The position numbers and the translations under genes are program-made. Source: Planctomycetota bacterium (GTDB lineage Bacteria; Planctomycetota; UBA1135; UBA2386). Taken from it: a DNA stretch of 64,000 nucleotides. Shown piece after piece: positions 28,526 to 38,238 of this stretch (the first letter of the stretch is position 1; the number at the start of each line of letters is the position of its first letter). A model generated the notes under the pieces. It saw nothing but the letters and a program-made list of their open reading frames with translations. It was not told where the DNA came from and did not search any database. The stretch spans positions 7,552,001 through 7,616,000 of the forward strand of contig OZ245006.1 in assembly GCA_965223545.1 (NCBI GenBank), read 5' to 3'.

Positions 28526-29681
28526 TCGGTGGGCGCCGGGCGCGGCGCTGCTCTCGGCCCTCGCCGGGTTCGGGTCGTGTACGACGTTCGAGCTCGCGCG
28601 CGACGAGTTCGACGCGGTGACGCGCCGCGACGACGCCGCCGCGGAGCCGGAACGCCTCAGCTACGATTTCCAGCCGCGCCGCTATCCGTGGCTCGTGCGC
28701 TCACTCAACGGCCTCGGCCTGGACGGTGTCCTGGCGGCGACGCTGGAGGTCGAGCCCGAGCCGACCAAGGTCGACAACCCGGCCAAGCTCGTCCGCGACT
28801 GCTTGCACGTGCTGGCCGCCTCCGCCGGTCGCGACCTCGAGCGGATCGGCGAGGCGGCGGTGCGCGAGCTGTGGATCGTGCAGGTCGGCAGCGATCAACC
28901 GCTCAACCAGATCGTCGCGCTGCAGGGCATGAGCGGTCACCTGGCCGATCTGGCGGTCGACCCGCTGCAGACGCCGGTGCCCGACCCCGGCGGCACGTCG
29001 GCGACCGAGGTGGCGGCCTGGTTGGAGACGCTGAGTGCGCACTGGCCGCAGGCGCGCGGCGGCGCGCAGCCGGCGGCCGCCGAGCGCGCTGCCTATCTCG
29101 AGGCCTTGGCCGCGCTCACCGAGGCGCCGCTGCCCGACGGTGTCGAGCAGCGCGCGCTGATCGGCGCGCTGGTGCGTGGCGTCCGCCGCGAGGGCGATGC
29201 CGAGTTGCGCGCGGCGACGCGCGCGGCGCTGCGGCGCGCGCTGGTGCACGGGCTGTCGCTGGGGTTGCGCGGTGCCCTCTACGCCGAGAGCCCGCGCGTG
29301 CGGGAGGCCGCCATCGTCGGTCTGCGCCGGCTCGCGGGGCCGCCGGCGGTGGGCTACGTCCTGGCCCGCTTGGCCAAGCCGCCGGCCATGCTGGTCGCCG
29401 ACAGCAACCGCTTCGACGACGATCGCCTGCTGCGCCTCAAGCTGGTGCGGATGTGCGCCCAGCTGGCGCCGAAAGACGCCCTGGAGGCGGTCGCGGGCGG
29501 CGTGCCGCCAGTGGAGTTTCTGTACGAGACCGCGGTCGGCGATCAGGACGCCAACCTGCGCATGGTGGCGCTGGACGCGCTGGCGCGCTGCCTGCAGCGC
29601 CCGCTGTCGTTCGACCTCGCCTGGGCCGAGCGCTGGTGGCAAGACGAGTACGTGCCGGGTGGCCAGCGGGGCAGCGGCTGA
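28518..29681 (+). CDS. Hypothetical lipoprotein with HEAT-like repeats
   Basis: Lipobox-like FGSC; SPRVREAAIVGL and DANLRMVALDAL HEAT-like units; overlaps the galE stop. Confidence 0.65.
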   Translation: MADRWAPGAALLSALAGFGSCTTFELARDEFDAVTRRDDAAAEPERLSYDFQPRRYPWLVRSLNGLGLDGVLAATLEVEPEPTKVDNPAKLVRDCLHVLAASAGRDLERIGEAAVRELWIVQVGSDQPLNQIVALQGMSGHLADLAVDPLQTPVPDPGGTSATEVAAWLETLSAHWPQARGGAQPAAAERAAYLEALAALTEAPLPDGVEQRALIGALVRGVRREGDAELRAATRAALRRALVHGLSLGLRGALYAESPRVREAAIVGLRRLAGPPAVGYVLARLAKPPAMLVADSNRFDDDRLLRLKLVRMCAQLAPKDALEAVAGGVPPVEFLYETAVGDQDANLRMVALDALARCLQRPLSFDLAWAERWWQDEYVPGGQRGSG

Positions 29682-29682
29682 G

Positions 29683-30264
29683 ATGAGCGAGGAGCCGCTA
29701 CAGACGGCCTGGCTGCCGCCGGTCACTCCGTACGACGGCAGCCAGCTGCGCCCGCACTGGATCCGGCGCACGACCGGCCTCGTCGGCGACGCGCTGATCG
29801 CGTTCCGCGGTCCGTGCCGGCTGGCGCGGACCGAGATCGCCGACCTCGAAGACCAGCTCGAAGGTCCAGGCATCGCCGGCGACGACATGCTGCACTTCGT
29901 CGAAGAGGTGTTCGACGATGGCGACATCGGCAGGGCGCTGCTGCGCCAACGGCTGTTTGCCGCGACGATGCTGGAGCTCTTGCTCGCGCGCGCGCCGGGA
30001 GCCCCGCTGCGCCGCGACGGCGACGATTTGTTCGCCGGTGACGGCAAACTGTCGATTTCGGTGGCGACGCGCTCCTTGATCTCCGGCCTCATGCACTTCG
30101 CCCTCAACGTCACCAACTCCGGCACGCCGGTGCGCACGGCGTCGCTCACCGATCTCGGTGTCGAGCCGCGCGAGCTGGCCGAAGCCGCGCTGCGGCAGGC
30201 CGCTTTGGAGCGCGGTTCGATGCGGCGCGCCCGCTGTCAGGTGCGCGGGCGGGAGGAGTCATGA
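29683..30264 (+). CDS. DUF366 family protein
   Basis: YDGSQLRPHW, FRGPC, DLED, MLHFVEE, RDGDDL, KLSISVAT, HFALNV motifs recalled for DUF366. Confidence 0.82.
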   Translation: MSEEPLQTAWLPPVTPYDGSQLRPHWIRRTTGLVGDALIAFRGPCRLARTEIADLEDQLEGPGIAGDDMLHFVEEVFDDGDIGRALLRQRLFAATMLELLLARAPGAPLRRDGDDLFAGDGKLSISVATRSLISGLMHFALNVTNSGTPVRTASLTDLGVEPRELAEAALRQAALERGSMRRARCQVRGREES

Positions 30265-31481
30265 GCGCGCGTCGCGGTCACGTCGTGCAGCTGATCAAGC
30301 TGCTGCTGGTGGGCGCCTTGATGGCGTTCGTGTTCTACAACGTGCAGTGGCGCGACGCCCACATCGTGCAGCTCGCCGACGGCGAGCAGCAGCACACCGC
30401 CGGCGAGATCGTCGGCCGGTGGGATACGCAAACGGTGACCTTTCGGCCGCTCGACGCCGACGGCGAGCCGACGGGCGAGGTGCAAGAGATCACGCCGTCC
30501 CCGCCCGAGGACGTGGTCTCGCCCGGCTTCTTCACCTACGTCCTCAACCTCGACAAGGCCTGGTTCGCGCTGGGCGCGCTGTGCTACTGCGCGAGCGTGT
30601 TCTTCGCCAGCACGCGGTGGTGGTGGCTGCTGCGCGTCAACGACCTCCGCGTGACCTGGTTCGAGACGCTGCGATTCACCTGGATCGGGCTGTTCTTCAA
30701 CAACATCGTGCCGGGTCAGACCGGTGGTGACCTGGTCAAGGCGCTGTACATCGTCAAGCACTGCGAGGGCGGCCGCATGCCCGCGCTGGTCTCGGTGCTG
30801 GTCGATCGCATCCTGGGGCTGGGGTCGCTGGCGTTGCTCGGCGCGCTGGTCGTGCTCTTCGCGCTCGACAAGGACGGCTTCGGCCTGATCGCCATCGGGG
30901 TCTGGTCGGTGCTCGGCGTCGTCGCGATCGCCGGCGTCGTCGCCTTCAGCAAGCGGGTGCGGCGGCTGGTCCGGCTGGACGAGCTGCTGCGCGCCCTGCC
31001 GGCCGGCATCAGCGGCATCCTGCAGAAGGTCGACCAGGCGGTCTACTTCTACCGCGGCCACAAGCGGGGGATCGCGGTGTGGCTGGTGCTCGGCATGGGC
31101 AACCACGTGGTCTCGGTGCTGAGCATCCTGCTGGTCGGCGAGGCGCTCGGCGTCGGCATGCCGCCGCTCGAGTACTTCGTCCTGGTGCCGATGATCACCA
31201 TCCTGTCGGCGTTCCCGATCGGACCCAACGGCTGGGGTGTCGGCGAAGCGCTCTACAAGACGCTGTTCGGCAAGTTCGGCGCGCCGCACCTGGTCGACGT
31301 CGCCAAGCCGACGGCCGAGTTCATCATGGGAACCCGCGGCGTCGCCCTGTCGGTGCTCTACCGCGTGCACCTGACGTTGTGGTCGCTGGTCGGCGGAGTG
31401 CTGGTGTTGTTCGAGCGCGACAAGGTGACGCGCAGCGACATCGAGCAGGAGGTCGAGCGCGAGGCCGTCGAGGGCGCGTGA
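30261..31481 (+). CDS. Lysylphosphatidylglycerol synthase TM-domain / UPF0104 flippase-like membrane protein
   Basis: RWWWLL, IGLFFNNIVPGQTGGDLVK, VLVDRILG, PIGPNGWGVGE; multiple TM helices. Confidence 0.88.
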   Translation: MSARRGHVVQLIKLLLVGALMAFVFYNVQWRDAHIVQLADGEQQHTAGEIVGRWDTQTVTFRPLDADGEPTGEVQEITPSPPEDVVSPGFFTYVLNLDKAWFALGALCYCASVFFASTRWWWLLRVNDLRVTWFETLRFTWIGLFFNNIVPGQTGGDLVKALYIVKHCEGGRMPALVSVLVDRILGLGSLALLGALVVLFALDKDGFGLIAIGVWSVLGVVAIAGVVAFSKRVRRLVRLDELLRALPAGISGILQKVDQAVYFYRGHKRGIAVWLVLGMGNHVVSVLSILLVGEALGVGMPPLEYFVLVPMITILSAFPIGPNGWGVGEALYKTLFGKFGAPHLVDVAKPTAEFIMGTRGVALSVLYRVHLTLWSLVGGVLVLFERDKVTRSDIEQEVEREAVEGA

Positions 31482-31619
31482 GCGCCGGACTCCGGCGTCC
31501 TCACCACCATGGCAACGACGATGCCGCGCCCGGCGCGCGTGGCCGTATCGCGCTCCTGATCCGACCACCACTCGAGAGTCAGCGGTCCGCGGCCGAACGG
31601 GCTGCTATCCTACTGGGCA

Positions 31620-32519
31620 ATGTCACTGCTCGTAGTCGGCTCCACCGCGTTCGATTCCATCCAGACCCCGTTCGGCACCCGCGAAGACTGCCTCGGCGGC
31701 TCGTCGACGTACTTCGCGCTGGCGGCTTGCCTGTTCACCGAGGTGCGGCTGGTGAGCGTCGTCGGCGAGGATTTTCCCGCCGAGCACCGGCAGCTGCTGG
31801 AATCGCGCGGCATGAAGCTCGACGGGCTCGAAGTGCAGCCCGGCAAGACGTTTCGCTGGAGCGGTCGCTACTCGGCCGACATGAACCAGCGGGAGACGCT
31901 GGACGTGCAGCTGAACACTTTCGGCGGCTTCGCGCCGGTCGTGCCGGACGCCTTCCGCCGCACCAGCTACGTCTTCTTGGCCAACGGTGCCCCGGCCACG
32001 CAGGCCTCGGTGCTCGATCAGATGGAGGACTCGGTGTTCCGCGTCGCCGACACCATGAACCTCTGGATCGAGAACGACCGCAGTGACTTGATGGCGCTGC
32101 TGCCGCGCGTCGACGGCCTGATCGTCAACGACGAGGAGGTCAAGATGCTCACCGAGGAGACCAACTTGATCCGCGCCGGCCGCAAGCTGCTCGAGCTCGG
32201 GCCGAAGCTGGCGATCGTCAAGAAGGGCGAGCACGGCGCGTTCTTGTTCTCGAACTTCTTCCAGCAGGCACTGCCCGCGTACCCGACCGATCGGGTCGTC
32301 GACCCCACCGGTGCCGGCGACAGCTTCGCCGGCGGCTTCATGGGCTTTCTCGCCGAGTGCGACAGCTTGAGCCTGTGGAACATGAAGCGCGCGATGGCGT
32401 TTGGCACGGTGACCGCGAGCTTCACGGTCGAGGGGTTCGGCGTCGATGCGATCGCCGCCGCCGACCGCGCCACCGTCGAGCGGCGCTACGAAGAGCTGAT
32501 CCAGTTCGTCAGCATCTGA
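31620..32519 (+). CDS. PfkB-family carbohydrate/nucleoside kinase
   Basis: LGGSSTYFA, VKKGEHGA, DPTGAGDSFAGG anion-hole motif. Confidence 0.92.
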   Translation: MSLLVVGSTAFDSIQTPFGTREDCLGGSSTYFALAACLFTEVRLVSVVGEDFPAEHRQLLESRGMKLDGLEVQPGKTFRWSGRYSADMNQRETLDVQLNTFGGFAPVVPDAFRRTSYVFLANGAPATQASVLDQMEDSVFRVADTMNLWIENDRSDLMALLPRVDGLIVNDEEVKMLTEETNLIRAGRKLLELGPKLAIVKKGEHGAFLFSNFFQQALPAYPTDRVVDPTGAGDSFAGGFMGFLAECDSLSLWNMKRAMAFGTVTASFTVEGFGVDAIAAADRATVERRYEELIQFVSI

Positions 32520-32521
32520 GC

Positions 32522-32551
32522 CTCAGCGCGGTCGCCGGCGGCCGCGCTGAG
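32522..32551 (+). terminator. GC-rich hairpin just after the PfkB stop (no U-tract)
   Basis: CTCAGCGCGGTCG / CGGCCGCGCTGAG inverted repeat. Confidence 0.4.
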
Positions 32552-32660
32552 CCGGGGCGCGGGAGCCGGGGCGCGGGGGTTCGCGGGCCTCGGCATGTGA
32601 CCGGAAGCGCCGCGCGGGCCACCAAAATGCGGCGGGCTCGCGCAAAAAGCTGGCGAATGT

Positions 32661-32689
32661 TTGGCTTTTGTAAGGGTCGCCGCTAGTCT
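32661..32689 (+). promoter_or_regulatory. Sigma-70-like promoter of recA (TTGGCT-N17-TAGTCT)
   Basis: Correct 17-nt spacing in an AT-richer intergenic patch upstream of RBS GGAGG. Confidence 0.55.
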
Positions 32690-32725
32690 GTCTCCTCAAT
32701 CTCCCCGGGAGGGACCGAAACGACC

Positions 32726-33946
32726 ATGGTGACGAACAGCAAGGGCAAGTCGGGCGAACCGCGCCGCGAAGAAGCACTCGAGGACGCGCTGGCCTCGATC
32801 GAAAAGTCGTACGGCAAGGGCGCCATCATGCGGATGGGCGACCAGACGGTGCAGCCGGTCGACGGCATTTCCACCGGGTCGCTGGGCCTCGATCTGGCCA
32901 TCGGTGGCGCCGGCTTGCCGCGGGGGCGGGTGGTCGAGGTCTACGGGCCGGAGTCGTCCGGCAAGACCACCCTCACCCTGCACGTCGTCGCCAACGCCCA
33001 GCGCGCGGGCGGGACGGCGGCCTTCATCGACGCCGAGCACGCCCTGGACCCGCAGTACGCAAAGCGCCTGGGGGTCGACCTCGACCAGTTGCTGATCTCG
33101 CAGCCGGACCACGGCGAGCAGGCGCTCGACATCTGCGAGACCCTGGTGCGCTCGGGAGCCATCGACGTGATCGTGGTCGACTCGGTCGCGGCTCTGGTGC
33201 CGCGTGCCGAGATCGAGGGCGAGATGGGAGACACGTTCGTCGGTCTGCACGCCCGGCTGATGAGTCAGGCGCTGCGCAAGCTGACCGCGCTGGTGGCCAA
33301 GACGCGCACCTGCTTGATCTTCATCAACCAGATCCGCGAGAAGATCGGCGTCATGTTCGGCAGCCCGGAGACCACGACCGGCGGTCGCGCGCTGAAGTTC
33401 TATTCGTCGGTGCGCATCGACATCCGCCGCATCGGCCAGATCAAGAGCGGGGACGCCCCGGTCGGCGCGCGCACCAAGGCGACGGTCGTGAAGAACAAGA
33501 TCGCGCCGCCGTTCCGCAAGGTCGAGTTCGACATCGTCTTCAACCGCGGCATCGACCAGACCGGCGAGCTGCTCGATTTCGGCGTCGAGCACGGCGTGCT
33601 GCGGCGCAGTGGCACGTGGGTGAGCTACGGGGAGACCCGCCTCGGCCAGGGCCGCGAGCGCGCCCGCGATTTCCTCGACGAGAACGTCGAGATCCGCACC
33701 CAGCTCATGCGCGCGATCTTCGAGGCCAAGGGCTTGCCGGTGCCGGCTGCGGTGGGTGGCGGCAAGGCCGCGGGGTCGGCGGAGGCGGCGGACACCGCTC
33801 CTGACAAGAGTGCGGCCCCAGGCAAGAGTTCCGCCCCGGCCAAGAGCGGTGGCGCTGGCAAGGCCGGTGGGACGAGCAAGACCAACGGCACCTCGGCACA
33901 GACCAATGCCGCTGCCCTGCGCGGTCAGCGCGGCGCCGCCAAGTAG
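32726..33946 (+). CDS. recA: Recombinase RecA with low-complexity C-terminal tail
   Basis: [53 protein letters not shown]. Confidence 0.98.
   Translation: MVTNSKGKSGEPRREEALEDALASIEKSYGKGAIMRMGDQTVQPVDGISTGSLGLDLAIGGAGLPRGRVVEVYGPESSGKTTLTLHVVANAQRAGGTAAFIDAEHALDPQYAKRLGVDLDQLLISQPDHGEQALDICETLVRSGAIDVIVVDSVAALVPRAEIEGEMGDTFVGLHARLMSQALRKLTALVAKTRTCLIFINQIREKIGVMFGSPETTTGGRALKFYSSVRIDIRRIGQIKSGDAPVGARTKATVVKNKIAPPFRKVEFDIVFNRGIDQTGELLDFGVEHGVLRRSGTWVSYGETRLGQGRERARDFLDENVEIRTQLMRAIFEAKGLPVPAAVGGGKAAGSAEAADTAPDKSAAPGKSSAPAKSGGAGKAGGTSKTNGTSAQTNAAALRGQRGAAK
33803..33892 (+). repeat. Five degenerate 18-bp in-frame tandem repeats in the recA tail
   Basis: Units DKSAAP / GKSSAP / AKSGGA / GKAGGT / SKTNGT, each with AAG (Lys) as codon 2. 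Confidence 0.6.
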
Positions 33947-34023
33947 GGCCGGGTCGCGCCGGCCGACCTCCCGGTCGGGCCCGCTGGTCGCCTCGGCCAG
34001 CTGCGCGCGCAGGGGGCGCCGGT

Positions 34024-34052
34024 TTGCTTTCTCCCGCGGGCCGGCCTAGTTT
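34024..34052 (+). promoter_or_regulatory. Sigma-70-like promoter of alaS (TTGCTT-N17-TAGTTT)
   Basis: Hexamers with 17-nt spacing in GC-rich intergenic DNA. Confidence 0.55.
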
Positions 34053-34145
34053 CCGCGGCCCGGAACGCCGGCGCCCCGGTCGCCCCGAGCCGTCTCAGGG
34101 CCGTGCGGCGGCGGTCGGCGTTCTGCAGACCCGAATGCCACTGCC

Positions 34146-36803
34146 ATGACGCCGCTCTCCGTCGCCGAGGTTCGCGAGCGCTATCTGCGCTTCTTCGAGG
34201 CCCGAGGCCACCAACGCCTGCCGTCCGACTCGTTGGTCCCCGCCAACGATCCGACGCTGCTGTTCACCGGCGCGGGGATGAACCAGTTCAAGGACATGTT
34301 CTTGGGCAAGGGGGGGCTGCCGTACCAGCGGGTCACCACATCGCAGAAGTGCCTGCGCGTGCCCGACCTCGACAACGTGGGGGCGACTCCGCGCCACCAC
34401 ACGTTCTTCGAGATGCTGGGCAACTTCTCCTTTGGCGACTACTTCAAGGAGGAGTGCATCCAGTGGGAATGGGAGTTCTTCTCCCGTGAGCTCGGCATTC
34501 CCGAGCGCAACATGGTCGTCACCGTCTACGAGGACGACGACGAGGCCTTTCGGATCTGGAACGAGGTCGTCGGGCTCGAGCCCGAGCGGATCTTCCGCTT
34601 TGGCGAGAAGGAGAACTTCTGGCCGGCCGAGGCGCCGAGCAAGGGGCCCAACGGCCCGTGTGGGCCGTGCTCGGAGATCTACTACGACAGTGCGCCCGAC
34701 CGGCCCTATCCCTCGCACGAAGGCCTGGAAGAGCTGCCCGACGATCGGTTCACCGAGATCGGCAACTGCGTGTTCACCCAGTTCGATCGTCAGGCCGACG
34801 GCACGCTGGCGCCCCTGCCGCAGAAGAACATCGACGTCGGCTTGGGACTGGAGCGCATCACGGCGGTGTTGGCCGGTGCGCCGAACAACTTCGAGACCGA
34901 CGCGTTCCAACCGCTGCTGGACGCGGTCGCCGCGCGCTCGGGCCGGCCGTACGAGACCGACACCGCCGACGGGGTGCGCATGCGCCGCATCGCCGACCAC
35001 GCCCGCGCCGTCGTTTTCTGCGTCGCCGACGGCGCGCTGCCTAGCAACGAGGGCCGCGGCTACGTGGTGCGCAAGATCCTGCGGCGCGCCTGCCGCGATG
35101 GCTACGACCTCGGCATCGAGGACCCGTTCCTGTGCGAGCTGGTCGATGTCGTCGGCCAGGTCATGGGCGAGGCCTACCCCGAGGTCCGCGCGCACGCCGG
35201 GCAGTGCCGGTCGGTGATTCGCGGCGAGGAGGAGAGCTTTCGCACGGTCTACACCCAGGGCATGCAGCGCTTGGCCGCGGCGCTCGAGGGCGCGGGCGAT
35301 GGCGGGCTCGAGCACAATGGCGAGCTCGCCTTCCAGCTGCACGACACCTACGGCTTTCCGGTCGACATCACCCGGCAGGTGATGGCTGACCGCGGGGTTG
35401 CCCTGGACGAGGCCGAGTTCGAGGCCGCGATGGAAGCCCAGCGGGCGCGGGCCCGCGCGGCGATGGCGACCGCCGACGCGGTGTTCGCCGACAACGCCGC
35501 CATGCGCTTGCGCGAGGCCGGCGTCCGCCCGACCCGGTTCATCGGTTACGACGCGCTCGAAGCGGACGCGACGCTGGCCGCGGTGATCGGCACGGGCCAC
35601 GTCCTGTGCGACGAGATCGGCGAGGGCGAGGCGATCGCGGTCAGCGATACCACGCCGTTCTACGCCCAGGGCGGTGGCCAGGTGGGGGACACCGGCACCA
35701 TCGAGCAAGACCACGGCCGCGCGACGGTGCTCGGCACGACGGCGCTGGATGGCTACTTCCTGCACCATGTTCGGGTCGAGCAGGGCACGCTGCGCGCGGG
35801 CGCACCGTGCCGGCTGCGCGTCGACGCGGCGGCGCGGCGCGCCACCGAGCGCAACCACACGGCGACCCACCTGCTGCACGCTGCGCTCAAGCGCGTGCTC
35901 GGCGATCACGTCAACCAGGCCGGCTCCGAGGTGGCGCCCGAGCGGTTGCGGTTCGATTACACGCACGGCGAGCGGTTGACCGACGCGCAGATCGAGGAGC
36001 TCGAGGCCATGGTCGCCGGGGTGGTTGGCGAGGCGATCGAGGTCAGCGCCGTGGTCAGGCCGATCGCGGAGGCGAGAGCGTCGGGCTTCGTCGCCCTGTT
36101 TGGCGAGAAGTACGGCGACGAGGTGCGCACGCTGGCGGTCGGCGAGTTCTCCAAGGAGCTGTGCGGCGGCACCCACGTGCGCAACTCCGGCAACATCGGT
36201 GGCTTTCGCATCGTGTCGGACTCGGCGATCAGCGCCGGCACGCGGCGCATCGAGGCGGTGACCGGCGACAGCGCGCGGGCCCTGTCGGCCGCCGACCGCA
36301 GCCAAGTCGGTGCCATCGCCCAGCTGCTCAAGGTGGCGCCGGCAGAGGTGGCCGAGCGGGTGCGCCAGGTCGCCGCCGAGCTCAAGCAGGTCAAGAAGGA
36401 GCTGGCGAAGGCGTTGGCGCCGGACCCGGCGGCGCTGCTGGCCGAGCTCGAGAAGGAGTGCCGCGCGGTCGATGGCGTGCGCTGCGCGATCTACGTCCGC
36501 GCAGGGCTCGACGGCAAGCAGGCGCAGGATCTGCTGAAGCGCGCGGTCAAGAAGTTGGCGCCGTTCGCCGGCGTGGTGCTCGGCACCGGCGCCGCCCAGG
36601 TCGCGGTGGTCGCCGCGGTGTCGCCGGACGTCGCCGACCGCCTGTCGGCCGCCGACCTGGTGGCCGCCGCGACCGGAGCGATGGGCGGCGGCGGTGGCGG
36701 CCGGCCGCAGATGGCCCAGGGCCGCGGCCAGAACGCCGCGGCGCTCGACGACGCGGTGGCGGCCCTGCGGGGCTGCTTCGAGGCGGCTGGACTGCCGGTG
36801 TGA
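34146..36803 (+). CDS. alaS: Alanine--tRNA ligase
   Basis: DPTLLFTGAGMNQFK, HHTFFEMLGNFSFGDYFK, HTATHLLH and ELCGGTH editing motifs, GGGGGRPQMAQG. Confidence 0.98.
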   Translation: MTPLSVAEVRERYLRFFEARGHQRLPSDSLVPANDPTLLFTGAGMNQFKDMFLGKGGLPYQRVTTSQKCLRVPDLDNVGATPRHHTFFEMLGNFSFGDYFKEECIQWEWEFFSRELGIPERNMVVTVYEDDDEAFRIWNEVVGLEPERIFRFGEKENFWPAEAPSKGPNGPCGPCSEIYYDSAPDRPYPSHEGLEELPDDRFTEIGNCVFTQFDRQADGTLAPLPQKNIDVGLGLERITAVLAGAPNNFETDAFQPLLDAVAARSGRPYETDTADGVRMRRIADHARAVVFCVADGALPSNEGRGYVVRKILRRACRDGYDLGIEDPFLCELVDVVGQVMGEAYPEVRAHAGQCRSVIRGEEESFRTVYTQGMQRLAAALEGAGDGGLEHNGELAFQLHDTYGFPVDITRQVMADRGVALDEAEFEAAMEAQRARARAAMATADAVFADNAAMRLREAGVRPTRFIGYDALEADATLAAVIGTGHVLCDEIGEGEAIAVSDTTPFYAQGGGQVGDTGTIEQDHGRATVLGTTALDGYFLHHVRVEQGTLRAGAPCRLRVDAAARRATERNHTATHLLHAALKRVLGDHVNQAGSEVAPERLRFDYTHGERLTDAQIEELEAMVAGVVGEAIEVSAVVRPIAEARASGFVALFGEKYGDEVRTLAVGEFSKELCGGTHVRNSGNIGGFRIVSDSAISAGTRRIEAVTGDSARALSAADRSQVGAIAQLLKVAPAEVAERVRQVAAELKQVKKELAKALAPDPAALLAELEKECRAVDGVRCAIYVRAGLDGKQAQDLLKRAVKKLAPFAGVVLGTGAAQVAVVAAVSPDVADRLSAADLVAAATGAMGGGGGGRPQMAQGRGQNAAALDDAVAALRGCFEAAGLPV

Positions 36804-36966
36804 GCGTTTCCCCCGGCACTCCGCCGGCCCCAGGCGGCGCTGGATTTCGCGAAAGTCCGCCGTAACATTCCCGGGCTCCTCGGGCGCCAGCAGCCCGTAC
36901 CCTCCGGATTCTAACCAGTTCGAACGGTGGACGCCGCGATCCGCGGGCCGAGCCGCCGCCTGACCC

Positions 36967-37149
36967 ATGGCCGTCCCGAAGCGTCGACAAAGTCGTTCCC
37001 GTCGCAACAAGCGCCGCTCGCATGATGCCCTCAAGCCGGCGCAGCTGGTGCGGTGCAGCAACTGCTCGGCGGCGATCCTGCCGCATCACATCTGCGCCAG
37101 CTGTGGGCATTACCGCGGCCGCCAGATGATCCCGGGCAAGATGGCGTGA
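36967..37149 (+). CDS. rpmF: 50S ribosomal protein L32
   Basis: MAVPKRRQS...; CxxC...PHHICxxCGHYRG; upstream of plsX. Confidence 0.97.
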   Translation: MAVPKRRQSRSRRNKRRSHDALKPAQLVRCSNCSAAILPHHICASCGHYRGRQMIPGKMA

Positions 37150-37189
37150 GCCTCGGCCGGCCACGCCCGTTGCGCCGCGGCGCGGGGCC

Positions 37190-38218
37190 ATGGCCGCCGC
37201 GGTCTCTGTGGAGCATCGTGTGAGCAAGGTAGTGTTGGATGCCATGGGGGGTGACCACGCCCCGGATGCGATCCTCGACGGGGTTGCCCTGTCGCTGGAG
37301 CGCGGCATCTGTACCGGCGAGCAGCTGTTGCTCACCGGCCCGGCGCAGCAGCTGCGCGACGCCCTCGCCCGGCGCGGTCTGCCCGCGGCGATCGAGGTCC
37401 ACGACGCCCCCGATGTCCTCAGCGGCGAGTCGCCGATCGACGGCCTGCGCCGCAAGCCGCGCAACAGCATCGCGGTCGGCATCGGTCTGATCCGCGAGGG
37501 CCGGGCAGATGCCTTCCTCAGCGCCGGGAGCACCGGCACCGTGGTCGCCGCCGCCAAAGTCGGCTTGCCGGGTCTGGAAGGCATTCGCCGGCCGGCGATC
37601 GCGGTGACGATCGAGGCCGAGGCCGGCCCGTTCATCGTCGTCGACGTCGGTGCCAACCCGCAGCCCAAGGCGGTGCATTTGCTGCAGTACGGGCTGATGG
37701 GCGCGGCCTACCACCACGACGCGTTCGGCACCGAGGAGCCGCGCGTCGGTTTGATGAACATCGGCTCGGAGGCGGGCAAGGGCAGTCCGCTGGCGGTCGA
37801 GGCCGGCGCCCTGCTGCGCGCCGCGCCGATCAACTTCGTCGGCAACGTCGAGGGTGTCGATGTGTTTCGCGGAGCCTGTGACGTGATCGTCTGCGATGGC
37901 TTCACCGGCAACGTGCTGCTGAAGACCAGCGAAGGCGTCGCCGAGTGGATGCTGCGCACGGTCAGCGGCCTGCTGCACGAGTACGAAGTCGGCGACGAGA
38001 AGAAACGCCAGATTCTCGCCCGACTCATGGACAAGGTGGACTACTCCGAGTACGGCGGTGCACTGCTGCTCGGCGTCGAGGGCATCGTGACGATCTGCCA
38101 TGGTCGCTCGGGAGCTTCGGCGATCGCCAACGCGGTCAAGGTCGCCCTGCAAGCGGTCGGCGCCAATCTCAACCAACACATCGTTTCGGCGGCACGCGCT
38201 GCGGCCGCCCGCTCCTGA
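37190..38218 (+). CDS. plsX: Phosphate acyltransferase PlsX
   Basis: LDAMGGDHAP, SAGSTG, RPAI, DVGAN, CDGFTGNVLLK, HGRS; start may be GTG 37220. Confidence 0.96.
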   Translation: MAAAVSVEHRVSKVVLDAMGGDHAPDAILDGVALSLERGICTGEQLLLTGPAQQLRDALARRGLPAAIEVHDAPDVLSGESPIDGLRRKPRNSIAVGIGLIREGRADAFLSAGSTGTVVAAAKVGLPGLEGIRRPAIAVTIEAEAGPFIVVDVGANPQPKAVHLLQYGLMGAAYHHDAFGTEEPRVGLMNIGSEAGKGSPLAVEAGALLRAAPINFVGNVEGVDVFRGACDVIVCDGFTGNVLLKTSEGVAEWMLRTVSGLLHEYEVGDEKKRQILARLMDKVDYSEYGGALLLGVEGIVTICHGRSGASAIANAVKVALQAVGANLNQHIVSAARAAAARS

Positions 38219-38238
38219 GTACGGACACCCGAGTCGCG

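Noticed and set aside
32650..32670. Possible LexA/SOS box upstream of recA (CGAATGTTTGGC)
   Set aside because: Poor match to GAAC-N4-GTTC or CTGT-N8-ACAG and not convincingly palindromic.
34095..37061. 988-aa minus-strand ORF, and similar long ORFs such as 49061-51958(-), 13861-16233(-), 1042-3225(-) and 42946-44979(-)
   Set aside because: Antisense shadows of clearly identified genes; stop-poor frames are expected at this GC, and the translations have no recognisable motifs.
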